From: a virus | Taxonomy: Duplodnaviria > Caudoviricetes | Reading direction: 5' to 3' (one strand) | Virus record (IMG/VR): IMGVR_UViG_2859564202_000001 | DNA: 64,000 bases | Part shown: one piece after another, positions 62,314-64,000 of the stretch | Layout of the letters: each line of letters starts with the position of its first letter | How positions within the stretch are numbered: the stretch's first letter is position 1 | Notes under the pieces: model-generated | Seen by the model: the letters and a program-made list of their open reading frames with translations, nothing else | Databases searched by the model: none | Told to the model about the DNA's origin: nothing | Position numbers and translations under genes: made by a program

Positions 62314-64000
62314 ATGTCCGCTCCAACCATCTACCCCGGCACCAAAACATCTATTGATCCGATCACCATGGATGACGCTCGCATCATCTTTTTCGATATT
62401 GAGTCGCTCCACAATATTTTCACGGTAGCAACCTACGATTCTCTGTCCCACCACGTCGATGTCTTTTACCTGCTCGATCACACAACCAGCCCTCAGATCA
62501 CGGTGCTGCCGCACTCAATGGATTATTTCGATCAAACGCGCAGCGATGCTGTTATGGCTGCCATCATTGAGCAAAACCCTGCGTTCGCAGAAATTAAAGG
62601 CTCACCCATTACAACCGCAGATGTAGCCCTCCACAATCTCGGTGACACCAACGCCAACCGACGCTGGCAGTCTAACGTGCTGCTTGCCCGGCTACTCGGG
62701 GGTATTAGTGTGCGCGGAGAGGTACCTGAGCACCAGAGCCACAACCATCTCGCCAAGCAGTTTGCCGAGGCAACCTTGGTCACCAGGGACTTCGATGTGA
62801 ATTATGATCCAACAAGCGCTCACCCTTTTACTGCTGGCTTCAACTCGATCAACTATGACACCACCTTGCTCAGCCTGTACTTCGCAATGTTGACCTCAAA
62901 TATCGGAAGTACACCGACGTATTTCCCGGTGATCACCGCACAGGAACTTCGTGCGCATAACGACAAGCTCTTTAGCCCTGAGTTCATCAAAAACATGCCA
63001 AAGTATCTCTGGGATCGCGACAGCGGTGCTGGACTCAGAGCTGCATCGGGTTTCCGCAACGCCATGCTCAAATCGGGTCGCCACATTGATATTCAACGCC
63101 TCAATGAAAAACAGCTCTTTGTTGGACTCAAGCGCCTGCTTGGTCTCCTCGGTCACCAGATTCTCGAATCTGATCGTCTCTCTGGTGATGATGCCCATGT
63201 TGATACTAACGAGGATGTACTTGATCTCATTGCCTACAACGTCTCAGACGTGGTGGGCACCAGACTGCTCGCTGAGGACCCGGTGTACTCCGGCTCTTTC
63301 GATCTGCGGGCAGGTCTACTGAGCACCTACCCAGAGACTGTTTTTGATCATGATGGTACTTTCCGTCAGCCATCCACGCAGATGCGTAAAGATCGCCTAA
63401 CGATTAATACCTCATCAGCTCAGTTCGCAGCGCGTATTTTGGCGCCATATCGCCCACTCCGCGATGTCCCTGATGCGATTGGCGACATGCCGGTGGTGTC
63501 TTACTTGTACCCGGATGCAGCAGTCGCCGAAGCAACAGGTCAAAAACAAGTCAACGTGCTTGATGAGTCAAAGAAGTTCTTCTATGACAACATCACCGAC
63601 CCGGAAGCACGTGCTGCCTTTGATGAGGTCTTTGCTTTTTACGCTGATATTGAGGGTCGCAACTTCAACAGTCACAATGAGGCTATTGATACCCAGATTA
63701 ACCAATTACGTGCTTATCTCAACCAGGTTGTCGCATTCGATGCAGCTGGGTATGCGCTCTATGATGTACGTACACGTTTTGAGCAGATCTTCCCCAAGGA
63801 TCGCAGCTACATCAACGATGCTACGGATATGACCCCTCGCGCAGTATCGAGCTTTGACGATCTGGTTGCACTCTGTGATGATATTCGCGGTGTACTTGAT
63901 CGAGGTTTAGAGATCTCATCTCCGAATCATCATGAGATGGTGGATGCTATGCGCAAGCAGCTGCACTATATTCAGGCATTTTACCGTGCCTGGGGACCCA
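62314..64000 (+). CDS. DNA-polymerase-like protein with N-terminal 3'-5' exonuclease (partial, not in ORF track)
   Basis: Frame appears open to the window end; Exo I FFDIES, Exo II GFNSINYD, VGLKRL, Exo III YNVSDV. Confidence 0.7.
   Translation, partial: MSAPTIYPGTKTSIDPITMDDARIIFFDIESLHNIFTVATYDSLSHHVDVFYLLDHTTSPQITVLPHSMDYFDQTRSDAVMAAIIEQNPAFAEIKGSPITTADVALHNLGDTNANRRWQSNVLLARLLGGISVRGEVPEHQSHNHLAKQFAEATLVTRDFDVNYDPTSAHPFTAGFNSINYDTTLLSLYFAMLTSNIGSTPTYFPVITAQELRAHNDKLFSPEFIKNMPKYLWDRDSGAGLRAASGFRNAMLKSGRHIDIQRLNEKQLFVGLKRLLGLLGHQILESDRLSGDDAHVDTNEDVLDLIAYNVSDVVGTRLLAEDPVYSGSFDLRAGLLSTYPETVFDHDGTFRQPSTQMRKDRLTINTSSAQFAARILAPYRPLRDVPDAIGDMPVVSYLYPDAAVAEATGQKQVNVLDESKKFFYDNITDPEARAAFDEVFAFYADIEGRNFNSHNEAIDTQINQLRAYLNQVVAFDAAGYALYDVRTRFEQIFPKDRSYINDATDMTPRAVSSFDDLVALCDDIRGVLDRGLEISSPNHHEMVDAMRKQLHYIQAFYRAWGP

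Overview
The whole window reads as the left part of a large Corynebacterium glutamicum CGP3-type prophage or episome. It holds an excisionase-like HTH gene, the actin-like partition pair alpC/alpA, three collagen-like surface proteins, a long run of small + strand hypothetical genes with low-GC cargo cassettes, a serine resolvase with its res site, gntR2, a KAP NTPase, two identical IS3 copies, recJ, a D5/SF3 helicase and the 5' part of a DNA-polymerase-like gene. I recognised no capsid, tail or terminase genes, no rRNA or tRNA, and no CRISPR array. Two things stand out. (1) A compact class V lanthipeptide (AviCys) cluster at 14.5-19.7 kb: ABC exporter, APH-like kinase, HopA1-like lyase, HFCD decarboxylase and pseudokinase, plus a 51-aa Thr-rich precursor at 16217-16372 ending in TITIGC that the ORF track missed. 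(2) A ~25-nt bulged-hairpin motif (ACAACG-A-CAGC-RMA-GCTG-CGTTCGG) in 10 copies, all on the + strand and mostly 45-95 nt upstream of a gene start, with compensatory base changes. Also present are 11-bp-period TTAA arrays (centromere-like), a candidate origin with nested inverted repeats, and decayed NADAR, SLOG and ATP-grasp genes. Family assignments come from motif recognition by eye; no searches were run.
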